Virus record (IMG/VR): IMGVR_UViG_3300030372_003021 | Span: 1 to 28,798 of that record | Direction: 5' to 3' (one strand) | DNA from: a virus | Lineage: Duplodnaviria; Caudoviricetes | DNA: 28,798 nucleotides | Shown: piece by piece, positions 1-9,168 of the stretch | Position numbering within the stretch: position 1 is the first letter of the stretch | Layout of the letters: every line of letters starts with the position of its first letter | The notes under the pieces: model-generated | What the model was told of the DNA's origin: nothing | Databases searched by the model: none | The model's input: only the letters and a program-made list of their open reading frames with translations | Translations under genes and position numbers: made by a program

Positions 1-130
1 CCTTTCTCTCCACCCTCCCAATAGATTGGGGGTTGTGGGGGTACTCCCCTAGCCCAGGGGGAAGAGGCATTTAGGGAATTCCCTCACCAGGAAAAGGGTT
101 CTCTACTTTGTAGTTATTCTACCTAGTCCA

Positions 131-162
131 TTTGTAAGTTTACCCAAACTATTATATATTAG
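131..162 (+). promoter_or_regulatory. Bacteroidetes-type promoter upstream of ORF 180
   Basis: TTTG (131-134), 20-nt spacer, TATATTAG (155-162; one change from TAnnTTTG), then A-rich leader. Confidence 0.6.
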
Positions 163-179
163 CGAATCAAAAAAAAATT

Positions 180-356
180 ATGGATAGAGAAAAAACAAGA
201 AAAAGATTTATGAAGTGGTATGGCACTTTAAAAGCTAAACAAAAAAAAGAAGTAGTTGAAATGATGTATAAAACATTTACTAATAAGTTTGTAAAAGAAC
301 TTGATGAACTTATGAAATATTATGAAGAAAGAAAAAGAAGTGAAGTTAGTAACTAA
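180..356 (+). CDS. Hypothetical protein, 58 aa (MDREKTRKRFMKWYGTLK...), not in ORF track
   Basis: ATG 180 to TAA 354-356, A-rich leader, downstream of a promoter. Confidence 0.7.
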   Translation: MDREKTRKRFMKWYGTLKAKQKKEVVEMMYKTFTNKFVKELDELMKYYEERKRSEVSN

Positions 357-492
357 AGGAACTGACGAATTAATGTTCGGTTGGAAGTTACCACCTGTGT
401 ACTTATCATCAAAGGTGGCTAAGAAGTATTATGAGAAATATGGTACTGAAATTAAAGGGGTTACTTTGACCTCAAATAAGCCCCTTGTTTGA
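340..492 (+). CDS. Hypothetical protein, 50 aa (GTG start; VKLVTKGTDELMFGWKLPPVY...), not in ORF track
   Basis: Overlaps 3' end of ORF 180; ends TGA 490-492 inside the iteron-like repeats. Confidence 0.5.
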   Translation: MKLVTKGTDELMFGWKLPPVYLSSKVAKKYYEKYGTEIKGVTLTSNKPLV

Positions 493-575
493 CCTCTAAC
501 AAACCCCTACTTAGGGGTCAAGGATAGGGTTAAAGATAAAGATAAAGATAATATATATAGTTTATATAATTTTTA
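456..575. repeat. Iteron-like repeats + (AAAGAT)3 + AT-rich tract; candidate replication origin
   Basis: TTTGACCTCAAATAAGCCCCT (465-485) and TTTGACCTCTAACAAACCCCT (488-508), inverted AGGGGTCAA (513-521), then AAAGAT x3 and a nearly pure A/T tract. Confidence 0.55.
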
Positions 576-583
576 TATATTTG
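576..583 (+). promoter_or_regulatory. Bacteroidetes -7 promoter element upstream of terS
   Basis: TATATTTG = TAnnTTTG ending 13 nt before the terS ATG; no clear -33 TTTG. Confidence 0.5.
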
Positions 584-596
584 TGCAAAGTCAAAA

Positions 597-1070
597 ATGA
601 AAAGACTACCAACAGAAATAAAGAAGCAAAGAGGTACACTTCAGAAGCATCGTGAAAACGAAAACGAACCAAAGCTACCTTGTGTTATTCCACCGATCCC
701 TACTTGGCTATCTGAAGATGGTCAAAAAGCTTTTGCTGAACTAAGCACTTTGCTTCACGATATGTCGGTGCTGACTCAGGCAGATGAGTTAGCTTTGACT
801 TTACTTTGTGATGCTTACAGCGAATATAAAAATGCTAAACAGATTGTAAACGAACTGGGTGCAACTGTTGAGATAATATCAAGAGAAGGAAACTCAAAAC
901 CAACTATAAGACCTGAAGTTCAAATAGCTAATCAAGCTTTTGTTAGAGTCTTTCAACTACTTAAAGAATTTGGATTAACTCCTTCGAGTAGAGCAAAGGT
1001 AAATGCTATTGAAAATTCTACCAACACACCTGATGTTAAAATAGAAAACTTCTTCAATAGTGGCGAATAA
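597..1070 (+). CDS. terS: Terminase small subunit (P27 family)
   Basis: PxWL motif and C-terminal EFGLTPSSR; directly upstream of and overlapping terL. Confidence 0.92.
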   Translation: MKRLPTEIKKQRGTLQKHRENENEPKLPCVIPPIPTWLSEDGQKAFAELSTLLHDMSVLTQADELALTLLCDAYSEYKNAKQIVNELGATVEIISREGNSKPTIRPEVQIANQAFVRVFQLLKEFGLTPSSRAKVNAIENSTNTPDVKIENFFNSGE

Positions 1071-2643
1071 TCTTCACAGAATAAACAAGACTAAATACTT
1101 TTTTGATGAGAAGTCAGCGAAGAGGGCTTGTGACTTTATACAAACTTTTTGTAAACACACAAAAGGAGAATTAGCAGGTCAACCATTTGTGTTAGAGCCT
1201 TGGCAAATAGAAATCATTGAAGCTATCTTCGGTTGGAAATCTAAGAAAACTAAACTCAGAAAATTTAGACAGTGTTTTATTTTCATTCCTCGTAAGAATG
1301 GAAAGACTACTATGATGGTTGGTATAGCACTCTATATGCTTTTTTCTGATGGAGAGAAAGGAGCTGAGATTGTATCGGCTGCTGCTGATAAAGAACAAGC
1401 AAGGTTAAGTTTTTCGATAGCTAAACAAATGGTTTTACAAGAACCTAATCTTATTAAAAGAGCAGGTACTTATCGTGACTCAATTACTTACGATAAGGTT
1501 GGATCGTACTACAAAGTTATTTCGGCTGATGCAGATACTAAGCACGGACTAAACCTCTCTTGTTGTTTACTAGATGAGATTCACTCACACAAAAATCGTG
1601 ACCTCTACGATGTGTTACTTACATCTATGGGTGCTAGAAAAGAACCTCTTATGCTAGGAATAACTACAGCAGGGGCAGGTAATCAGAAAGACCACATATC
1701 GAGAGAGCTTTATGACTATTCTAAAAAATTAATTGATGGTTCTATTGAGGACGATTCGTTCTTGGCAGTTGTTTATGAGGCTGATGAAAGTGATGATATT
1801 TTTAGCGAAGAGGTTTGGAAGAAAGCAAATCCTGGCTATGGTACAATTATCAAAGAAGAATATATGAGGCAACAAGCAACTAAAGCTAAGAATGAGCCTT
1901 CATACGAAAATACGTTTCGTAGACTTCACGCTAATCAATGGGTTGTAAATGAGACTAAATTTATTTCTGATTCCAAGTATATGGCTTGTGATGGTGAAGT
2001 AAACAAAAGTTATCTTAAAGGTAAGCCTTGTTTTGCAGGATTAGATTTAGCATCTACTAGAGACATCACTTGTTTAGCATTATTATTTCCTGATGAAGAG
2101 GGTGGTTACGATGTAATTAACTACAATTTTATACCTGAAGAAAACGCTAAGAAGAGGTCGCAAAGAGATAAAGTAAATTATGATAAGTGGGAAAGAGAGG
2201 GGTACGTTATTTATACTCCTGGAGATGTAACAGATTACAATTATATTAAACAAAAAATTCGTGATTTAGGAGAGCTGTACGACATACAGATAGTTGCTTA
2301 CGATAGGTGGAACTCGTCACAACTTGTAATTGATTTAATGGAAGAAGGTTGTCCTATGATTCCTGTAGGTCAAGGATTTAAAACTATGTCTCCTGCGACT
2401 AAAGAATTTGAAACACTAATACTTAGTGGTAAGATTCGTCACGCAGGAGACCCAGTACTTAGATGGATGATGAGTAATGTTGTTCTTACTTACGATCCCG
2501 CAGGTAACGTAAAACCGAACAAAGCAAAAAGTAATGAAAAAATTGATGGTATCGTAGCTTGTATTATGGCACTATCAGAAGCAATGGAAAACAAGAATAA
2601 GGGTGGCTCAACTTACGATGACAAAGAAATATTTTTTATCTAA
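1060..2643 (+). CDS. terL: Terminase large subunit (HK97-like cos type)
   Basis: LEPWQ, Walker A PRKNGKT, Walker B LLDEIH, ITTAG, nuclease GLDLAST and KIDG motifs. Confidence 0.97.
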   Translation: MANNLHRINKTKYFFDEKSAKRACDFIQTFCKHTKGELAGQPFVLEPWQIEIIEAIFGWKSKKTKLRKFRQCFIFIPRKNGKTTMMVGIALYMLFSDGEKGAEIVSAAADKEQARLSFSIAKQMVLQEPNLIKRAGTYRDSITYDKVGSYYKVISADADTKHGLNLSCCLLDEIHSHKNRDLYDVLLTSMGARKEPLMLGITTAGAGNQKDHISRELYDYSKKLIDGSIEDDSFLAVVYEADESDDIFSEEVWKKANPGYGTIIKEEYMRQQATKAKNEPSYENTFRRLHANQWVVNETKFISDSKYMACDGEVNKSYLKGKPCFAGLDLASTRDITCLALLFPDEEGGYDVINYNFIPEENAKKRSQRDKVNYDKWEREGYVIYTPGDVTDYNYIKQKIRDLGELYDIQIVAYDRWNSSQLVIDLMEEGCPMIPVGQGFKTMSPATKEFETLILSGKIRHAGDPVLRWMMSNVVLTYDPAGNVKPNKAKSNEKIDGIVACIMALSEAMENKNKGGSTYDDKEIFFI

Positions 2644-3118
2644 GAATGAGATAATAGAAAAAGAGTACAACTCTATTAAAGAGATTTGCACTAATGTTCT
2701 TAGAAGCAATAAAGACCTTAACCTTCTTGATGACTTAGTACAAGAGGTTTGTTTAATTCTTCTTAATCAAAGTGATGAATCTGTACAAACTATCTACGAA
2801 CAAGGTTACTTTAAATTTTATATAGCTAGAGTAATTACTAATCAAGTATTCTCTAGCACTTCACCATTTCACAAGAAGTACAGACAACAAATTCCTTTTA
2901 TAGATATTGACGATACCGAAGAATATAATCCTTTAGCTGACAAGATTTGGCTTGATATACAGCACCTACTTACTAAAAAAGAAAAAAAAATAGTTGAGTT
3001 AAGGTACGTTTACAATTTAAAAGTGACTGATATAGCTAAGACAATGGGTGTTTCTACAAGGCAAATTTACAAGTACATAAAAGGGATTACAGGTCACTTG
3101 AAAAAAAAATATAAATAA
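2603..3118 (+). CDS. Sigma-70/ECF-like factor, putative late transcription regulator (exact start uncertain)
   Basis: Region-2-like DDLVQEVCLILL...FYIAR and region-4 HTH LTKKEKKIVELRY...VTDIAKTMGVSTRQIY. Confidence 0.8.
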   Translation: MAQLTMTKKYFLSKNEIIEKEYNSIKEICTNVLRSNKDLNLLDDLVQEVCLILLNQSDESVQTIYEQGYFKFYIARVITNQVFSSTSPFHKKYRQQIPFIDIDDTEEYNPLADKIWLDIQHLLTKKEKKIVELRYVYNLKVTDIAKTMGVSTRQIYKYIKGITGHLKKKYK

Positions 3119-3182
3119 AAGGTTCACAAAAACACCTTTTCTATATATCTATATGGATAAGGTATATTAAATTACTAGGGAT

Positions 3183-4439
3183 TTGGCAAACATATTAGAT
3201 TTTTTCAGAAGAAAACCACAAGTACAACCTAACCAAGAGGAAAGGTTTTACAACACAAGTTTATATGGGAACGCTTCAATAATGGGCAACTCATCTAATC
3301 AACCAATTTCAAAAGAACGTTCTTTACAACTATCAACAGTTTGGAGTTGCGTAAAAGTAATTTCTGAAACAATAGCTTCTCTACCTATCTCGTTATACGA
3401 AAAAGATGCAGATAATAAAAGATATATCTTATCTGACAATCCACTTCACTCTTTAGTAGGAGAGCAACCTTCAACTCTCTACAATTCTTTCAGCTTTTTT
3501 GAAAGAGCTTTAGTAGACCTTTGCCTCGATGGGAATTTCTTTGCTTATATAGAGAGAAATAACGGAGGTCTACCTACTCAAATAATCCCTATCCAATGTG
3601 ATGATGTAAGTGTCTATGTATCGCCTGATGGTAGAGAAGTTTATTATGAAATAGAACAAAACGAAACTATACCTTATCCAATTACTGGTAAAGTAACTTC
3701 AGAGAATATGATTCACGTTAAGGGATTATCTTGTGATGGAGTTATGGGTAAGTCACCGATACAGAGTGCAGCAGAGTCTTTAGGTATATCTTTATCTATC
3801 GAACAATTTGCAGGTTCGTTTTTTAAAAATGGAGCATCAGTAGGTGGAATTCTTAAACATCCAGGAACTTTAAAACCTGAGACTGCTAAGAGATTACGAG
3901 CTAGTTGGAATCAAACTTATAGTGGTTCTATTAATGCAGGTAAAACTGCAATTTTAGAAGAAGGAATGGACTTTTCTCCACGACAGATTCCTAATAATCA
4001 AGCTCAATTCTTAGAGACTAGACAATATCAAATTAGTGATATTTGTCGTGTTTTTAGAGTACCTAACCATCTCGTAAACGACCTCAGTAACGCTACCTAC
4101 TCTAATATTGAGGCACAGCAAATTGACTTTGTGGTACACACTATTACTCCTTGGATTAAGCGTATTGAGATGGCTTTAAATCAAAAGTTAATTCCTTTTA
4201 ACAAAAAAGGCTCACAATATTTTAAATTCAATTTAACTGCCCTTCTAAGAGGTGACTCTAAGTCAAGAGCAGACTATTATAGAACACTTGTAAACATTGG
4301 TGTTATTTCACCTGATGAGGTTAGAGCTTTTGAAGATATGAACTCTATGGGCGGACCAAGTGAAAATGTTTATATGCAAAGTAATATGATGCCTTTAGAT
4401 AGTTTAGGCGAATCAACAACAAGAAAAAATATAGAATAA
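3183..4439 (+). CDS. Portal protein, HK97 family
   Basis: VWSCVKVISETIASLP, GNFFAYIER, MIHVKG, QFLETR, YSNIEAQ, SPDEVR motifs; TTG start. Confidence 0.96.
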   Translation: MANILDFFRRKPQVQPNQEERFYNTSLYGNASIMGNSSNQPISKERSLQLSTVWSCVKVISETIASLPISLYEKDADNKRYILSDNPLHSLVGEQPSTLYNSFSFFERALVDLCLDGNFFAYIERNNGGLPTQIIPIQCDDVSVYVSPDGREVYYEIEQNETIPYPITGKVTSENMIHVKGLSCDGVMGKSPIQSAAESLGISLSIEQFAGSFFKNGASVGGILKHPGTLKPETAKRLRASWNQTYSGSINAGKTAILEEGMDFSPRQIPNNQAQFLETRQYQISDICRVFRVPNHLVNDLSNATYSNIEAQQIDFVVHTITPWIKRIEMALNQKLIPFNKKGSQYFKFNLTALLRGDSKSRADYYRTLVNIGVISPDEVRAFEDMNSMGGPSENVYMQSNMMPLDSLGESTTRKNIE

Positions 4440-4440
4440 T

Positions 4441-4713
4441 ATGGCACTAAATCAAGAACAAAAAGAAAAAAAGAAATTTTTAGTTAAAAAAGGTTCTTTT
4501 GCTGAATCAGTTTCATATAATGATAGTGTGGATTTAAGTGAAGAAAAAGCTGAGTTATATATAGGTACAGGTGGTCACATAAAAGTAAATTTATTTGGTG
4601 GTTCAACTGTTACTTTTAAGAATGTACCTTCGGGGACATATTTACAAGGTATTTTTGTTACTAGAGTTTACAAAACTGATACAACTGCAAGAGATATAGT
4701 AGCGATTTACTAA
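4441..4713 (+). CDS. Putative head spike base/decoration protein (RcGTA Rcc01079-like)
   Basis: LYIGTGG-x-IKV...VTFKNVPSG...VTRVYKTDTTARDIVAIY matches the recalled family pattern. Confidence 0.7.
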   Translation: MALNQEQKEKKKFLVKKGSFAESVSYNDSVDLSEEKAELYIGTGGHIKVNLFGGSTVTFKNVPSGTYLQGIFVTRVYKTDTTARDIVAIY

Positions 4714-6243
4714 GTGGCACTAAAAGATATAAATACTACCCCTACTGAAGGAATGAGAGAAGAAGCTCGTAAGGGCTTAGAATGGAGAAAAGAATATGGT
4801 CGAGGTGGAACTCAAACAGGAGTTTCTCGTGCTAGAGATATAATCAATGGTGATTTAAGTATCTCAAGTATTAAAAGAATGTTTAGTTTTTTTAGCAGAC
4901 ACGAAAATAACAAGGCTAAACACTATTCTGCTAAAGAAAATGATGGTGGTCCAACTGCTTGGAGAATAGCTTGGGCATTATGGGGAGGAAACGCAGGATT
5001 TAGTTGGTCTAAGAAAAAGGTTAAAGAGATAGCTAGAGAAGAGGAAAACAGAATGAAAGTAGGTACAATGATAAATGATGGTATAGAATTACCATTGTAC
5101 GATTCTAAAGAAGAAGCTGAAGCACAAGCAAAAAAGCTAGGTGGTGTTGGTTCACACGAACACACTATGGATGGCAAAACATATTATATGCCTTTTGAAA
5201 ATCACGAACAAGCAAAGGAAGTGATGAGTAAAGTCAATGACAATATGCAATATAAAGACGAAGAAGAAGAAGAAGATGAAGATAGAGCTTTGACAGGTGC
5301 AGTAAAAAAAGGTTTACAAAAAAAGGCAGATGACCATAATGAAAAAGTAGGTAAGAAGAATATTTCTTGGAACGCTAAAGTAACACCTGCTAAACTAGGT
5401 AAAGTATTTAATAGAGGTATTGGTGCTTATAAAACAAATCCTGGTTCAGTAAGACCTAGTGTAAAGTCACCAGAACAATGGGCATATGCTAGAGTTAATT
5501 CTTTTCTTTATGCGATGGAGAAAGGTAAGTTTCGTTCAGGTAAACACGATACTGATTTATTACCAAGTAATCACCCTGTGAAGAAAAGTATGAAGGAAGA
5601 AAAAAATAGTTATAATATGGAAAATAAAGAAATAAGACTATATAGAGCAGAATATCAAGTCACAAAAGACGAAGATAAAGATGAGAAAAGAGTTAGTGGA
5701 TATGCTGCTTTATTCGACACAGATAGTAGAGATTTAGGTTTTAGAGAAACTATATCTACTGATGCTTTTGATGGTCGTTTAGACGATAATGTAATCTTAA
5801 CTTTTAATCACGATCCAAACTTAATATTGGATAGAAATATGGGTGGTACTTTAAAACTATCTGTAGATGAAAGAGGGTTACGATACGATGCTACTTTACC
5901 TAACACAACAACTGGTAATGATGTAGCAGAATTAATGAAACGAGGTTTACTTTATGAATCTTCATTTGCTTTTACAGTAGAAGAAGATGATTGGAGTAAA
6001 GACGGAGATATAACAAGAAGAGAAATTAAAAAAATTGGTCGGCTTGTTGATGTTTCTATAGTTGGTGTTGGTGCTTATGCTAATACTGATGTTGCACTTC
6101 GTTCTAAAGAAGCTTTCGAGACGGAAGCAACTGTAGAAGAAACCCCTCAAGTGGAAGAAGTGGAGCAAAAGGTTGAGGAATCATTTGATGATTCAAAGTT
6201 AAATTTATTAAGTAATGAATTAAAATTAAAAAAACGAATATGA
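4714..6243 (+). CDS. Prohead protease (HK97 family) with ~300-aa multi-module N-terminal extension
   Basis: C-terminal GYAALF, FNHD, LSVDERGL, SSFAF, DVSIV..AY motifs; between portal and capsid. Confidence 0.9.
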   Translation: MALKDINTTPTEGMREEARKGLEWRKEYGRGGTQTGVSRARDIINGDLSISSIKRMFSFFSRHENNKAKHYSAKENDGGPTAWRIAWALWGGNAGFSWSKKKVKEIAREEENRMKVGTMINDGIELPLYDSKEEAEAQAKKLGGVGSHEHTMDGKTYYMPFENHEQAKEVMSKVNDNMQYKDEEEEEDEDRALTGAVKKGLQKKADDHNEKVGKKNISWNAKVTPAKLGKVFNRGIGAYKTNPGSVRPSVKSPEQWAYARVNSFLYAMEKGKFRSGKHDTDLLPSNHPVKKSMKEEKNSYNMENKEIRLYRAEYQVTKDEDKDEKRVSGYAALFDTDSRDLGFRETISTDAFDGRLDDNVILTFNHDPNLILDRNMGGTLKLSVDERGLRYDATLPNTTTGNDVAELMKRGLLYESSFAFTVEEDDWSKDGDITRREIKKIGRLVDVSIVGVGAYANTDVALRSKEAFETEATVEETPQVEEVEQKVEESFDDSKLNLLSNELKLKKRI

Positions 6244-7514
6244 AAAATTCGATTGAAATTCGTCAAGAGAGAGCAGAGCTTATTGGAAAAGCTGATACTT
6301 TATTAAACTTGGCTAAAGGTGAGACTCGTGACTTTACTGCTGACGAGCAAGTATCATACGATGATATGATGACTAACATTGACAAACTAGCTAAAGACAT
6401 TGAGGTAGTTGAACGTCAAGAAAAATTAAACGCTGAAGCAGCTTCTATTCCTGTTTCTCACGCAACTCAAAATGTTTCTGATTCTAAAGAATTACGAGCA
6501 TTTTCTTTTGTAGATGCATTTAACGCTGCTAAAAGTGGTCGTGTTGAAGGTCTTGTTCGTGAAATGGATCAAGAGGCTCGTAACGAGAACCCTTCTCAAA
6601 ACTTTAAAGGTGTGGCTATACCTCACTCTGCTTTGGAATCTCGTGCAAACACAGCTTTAACACCTAACTCTCAACCAGTAGAGGTTAAATCTTTCGTAGA
6701 TGATATGTTTGCTGCTTCTGTATTAGTTGGAAATGGTGCTACAATGTACACAGGTGTTTCTGCTTCTCAAAAAATTCCAATCGTAGCAGGAATTACTGCA
6801 GGTTTTATTCCTGAAAATGGTTCTTCAGCCCAACCTGCTGCAGGTACTATCGGTGGTGGTCAATTAAACCCTCACACTATTGTTGCTGCAACTAATGTTT
6901 CTAACGCTGCTTTAGCTCAAAACGCTTCTATAGAGGCTGCTTTCAGAAGAAACTTTGCAACAGCTATTATGGCTCAATTTGAAAAGAACTTGTTAGTAAG
7001 TGGAAATGCTGCTCAAGGTCCTGAGTCAATATTTGAAGATGGTGTTCCTTACACTTCAGGTACTCAAGCTTGGACTAGCTCTACAGCTTTAGCAACTGTT
7101 CAGTCTATGTTTAGCAAAATGATTTCTCAGTCAAACGATGTAAACAAGCCTTCAGTTAAATTATTATTGAATGGTGATGCTTACGCTGACTTAGCTGCTC
7201 AAATTGCTGCTAAAGATGGTTCTGCTTTCAATGCTGCTTCTATGAACTTAGTTGATAGAACTGTTCTTAACATTCCTTACGCTATTTCAGATAACGTAGG
7301 TTCTGACGGAAACTCTGCTTCAAGAGCAAGAGCTTTAATGTTGGATATGGAGAAAGTTCACTTAGCTATGTTTGGTGGTCTTGATATTTTGGTTGATCCT
7401 TACTCTCAATCTTTAAGTGGTGGTACTTCTTTGGTACTTTCTACTTTACTTGATGGTTTGATTGCTCAATCTTCAGGAAAAGAAGCTGCTGTTAAATGTG
7501 TAGCTCCAGCATAA
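6240..7514 (+). CDS. Major capsid protein, HK97 fold with N-terminal delta domain
   Basis: N-terminal coiled coil, FGGLDILVDPYS motif, position after protease, followed by terminator. Confidence 0.9.
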   Translation: MKNSIEIRQERAELIGKADTLLNLAKGETRDFTADEQVSYDDMMTNIDKLAKDIEVVERQEKLNAEAASIPVSHATQNVSDSKELRAFSFVDAFNAAKSGRVEGLVREMDQEARNENPSQNFKGVAIPHSALESRANTALTPNSQPVEVKSFVDDMFAASVLVGNGATMYTGVSASQKIPIVAGITAGFIPENGSSAQPAAGTIGGGQLNPHTIVAATNVSNAALAQNASIEAAFRRNFATAIMAQFEKNLLVSGNAAQGPESIFEDGVPYTSGTQAWTSSTALATVQSMFSKMISQSNDVNKPSVKLLLNGDAYADLAAQIAAKDGSAFNAASMNLVDRTVLNIPYAISDNVGSDGNSASRARALMLDMEKVHLAMFGGLDILVDPYSQSLSGGTSLVLSTLLDGLIAQSSGKEAAVKCVAPA

Positions 7515-7531
7515 TAGATTAAATTAATTAG

Positions 7532-7563
7532 AAAGGTGAAAGGGGTAACTCCCTTTCCCTTTT
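7532..7563 (+). terminator. Intrinsic terminator after capsid gene
   Basis: GAAAGGGG-TAAC-TCCCTTTC stem, outer AAAGG/CCTTT pairing, T tract. Confidence 0.75.
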
Positions 7564-7582
7564 ATAATATTTATACAATAAG

Positions 7583-8257
7583 ATGCCACACGATTATTTG
7601 CACAATATATATAACTTTGAAAACTACGAGTATCTAAACCCTAGTCAAAACAGATATGGGAATTTAGAGCTAACAGAAGCTGCAACAACTCAAGTTGTTA
7701 CAACTGCTGAGTTAAAGTCTCAACTTAGAATTGATACTTCTGATGAGGACACTTTGTTGGCTACATATATAAGTGCTGCGACTCAAATGGCTGAACACTA
7801 TTGTAACAGACATTTTATTACAGCTGCGTACAAACTTTGGTTTAAAGAATTACCATCTAAATTTAGTTTATATTATCCTGATGTATCATATACCTTTACA
7901 GGGTCTAATCAAGATGGTTTGTACTCTTTAGTTCAATTACCTGATAATAGTTACGCTTATCAATCAAGTTCTAATACAAATTGGTATTCAGATAGAAGTC
8001 AAAACCCAGTTGTTGTAAACATTAAAACAGCACCTACACCTGTTAAAACTTTTGAAGAAAGTAGTGGTAATTTATTTGTTCCTTTTTATTTTCAATTTAA
8101 AACTGGTATGGGTGATGTTGCAAGTGATGTTCCTGATGCCATTAAACAAGCGATTAAATTAATTGCAAGTGATATGTATTATTTCAGAGAGGATCGCAAA
8201 AGAGCTTTTCCTATGGCTTCTGAGATATTACTACAACCTTATAAATGCTATTTATAG
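7583..8257 (+). CDS. Head-tail connector (HK97 gp6-like)
   Basis: ELKSQLRID..ED.LL..YISAA...AEHY and VPDAIKQAIKL...Y..RE motifs. Confidence 0.88.
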   Translation: MPHDYLHNIYNFENYEYLNPSQNRYGNLELTEAATTQVVTTAELKSQLRIDTSDEDTLLATYISAATQMAEHYCNRHFITAAYKLWFKELPSKFSLYYPDVSYTFTGSNQDGLYSLVQLPDNSYAYQSSSNTNWYSDRSQNPVVVNIKTAPTPVKTFEESSGNLFVPFYFQFKTGMGDVASDVPDAIKQAIKLIASDMYYFREDRKRAFPMASEILLQPYKCYL

Positions 8258-8260
8258 TAT

Positions 8261-8635
8261 ATGGCTTTTATTGCAAAAATAAAAGCAGGGGAGTTTAACC
8301 AAAGAATTAAGTTAAAGTCCATATCTTCAAGCCAAGATGCTTTTGGAGGAATTTCAAACGCTTATTCTGTTCAAGCTACAGTTTGGGCAAATAAAAATGT
8401 TAAGACCCTTAGAGACATCGAAGAGAAGTTTGAAGGAGACGAATTACAATCTTATGGTCGATTTGTTTACACTATAAGATACTCAAGTGAGACAAAAGGT
8501 ATAAAAGCTAATTGGATTATTGAGGAAGTAGAGACTAGCGATATATACGAGATATTAGGTTTCGTTATAGACCCTAGAAAAGAGTTCATTGAAGTTTTTG
8601 TAAAACAAGATTTACCAACAGCTTCACCAGTATAG
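8261..8635 (+). CDS. Head closure / head-tail adaptor (SPP1 gp16-like)
   Basis: AGEFNQRI, DAFGG, TVWA, YTIRY motifs; synteny. Confidence 0.85.
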   Translation: MAFIAKIKAGEFNQRIKLKSISSSQDAFGGISNAYSVQATVWANKNVKTLRDIEEKFEGDELQSYGRFVYTIRYSSETKGIKANWIIEEVETSDIYEILGFVIDPRKEFIEVFVKQDLPTASPV

Positions 8636-8637
8636 TT

Positions 8638-9165
8638 ATGGCTAAAGCAAAGGATAAAAAGAACGAGATAAGAATCGAGGTTCGTAATATTCAAGATGTT
8701 CAACGTAGGTTGAAAAGACTTGGTAAGACGGCTAGAGAGTCTCGTACAGCCATAAATAAAGCGTTGAGACCTGCTGCTAATATGTTAGCTAGAGGTATTC
8801 AAAAAGCCTATCAAGATGAGTTTAAATACGAGACAAGAGTAGGTGATAAAGTTTTTAAAAGAAAAAGAAAAGCAGGTAGAACACCAACTTGGAAAACGAT
8901 TGGTATAATTACTGCTAGAAAATCAAGACAACCAGGCTTATTTGTTGGTCCTATAAAACGTAAAACTACTCCTATAACAGTGAAAGGAAAGGATAGTTAC
9001 AATTTAGCTGCGATGCAAATTAAAGGTAATAGCATACCACAAGCCCCTAGACCAAATGTCTTTGAGGCTACAGCTACTAAAATGGAAGAAAAAATATATT
9101 TACAAGCTGAAAGCGATTTAGATAAGTTGGTAGAAAAAATGATTAGACAAGCAGGTTTAAGATAA
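8638..9165 (+). CDS. HK97 gp10-like neck/tail completion protein
   Basis: Basic protein with KALRPAA and APRPN.F motifs; synteny. Confidence 0.65.
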   Translation: MAKAKDKKNEIRIEVRNIQDVQRRLKRLGKTARESRTAINKALRPAANMLARGIQKAYQDEFKYETRVGDKVFKRKRKAGRTPTWKTIGIITARKSRQPGLFVGPIKRKTTPITVKGKDSYNLAAMQIKGNSIPQAPRPNVFEATATKMEEKIYLQAESDLDKLVEKMIRQAGLR

Positions 9166-9168
9166 GAT

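Noticed and set aside
456-550. Repeats as a mini-CRISPR array
   Set aside because: Only two units separated by 2 nt; no spacers
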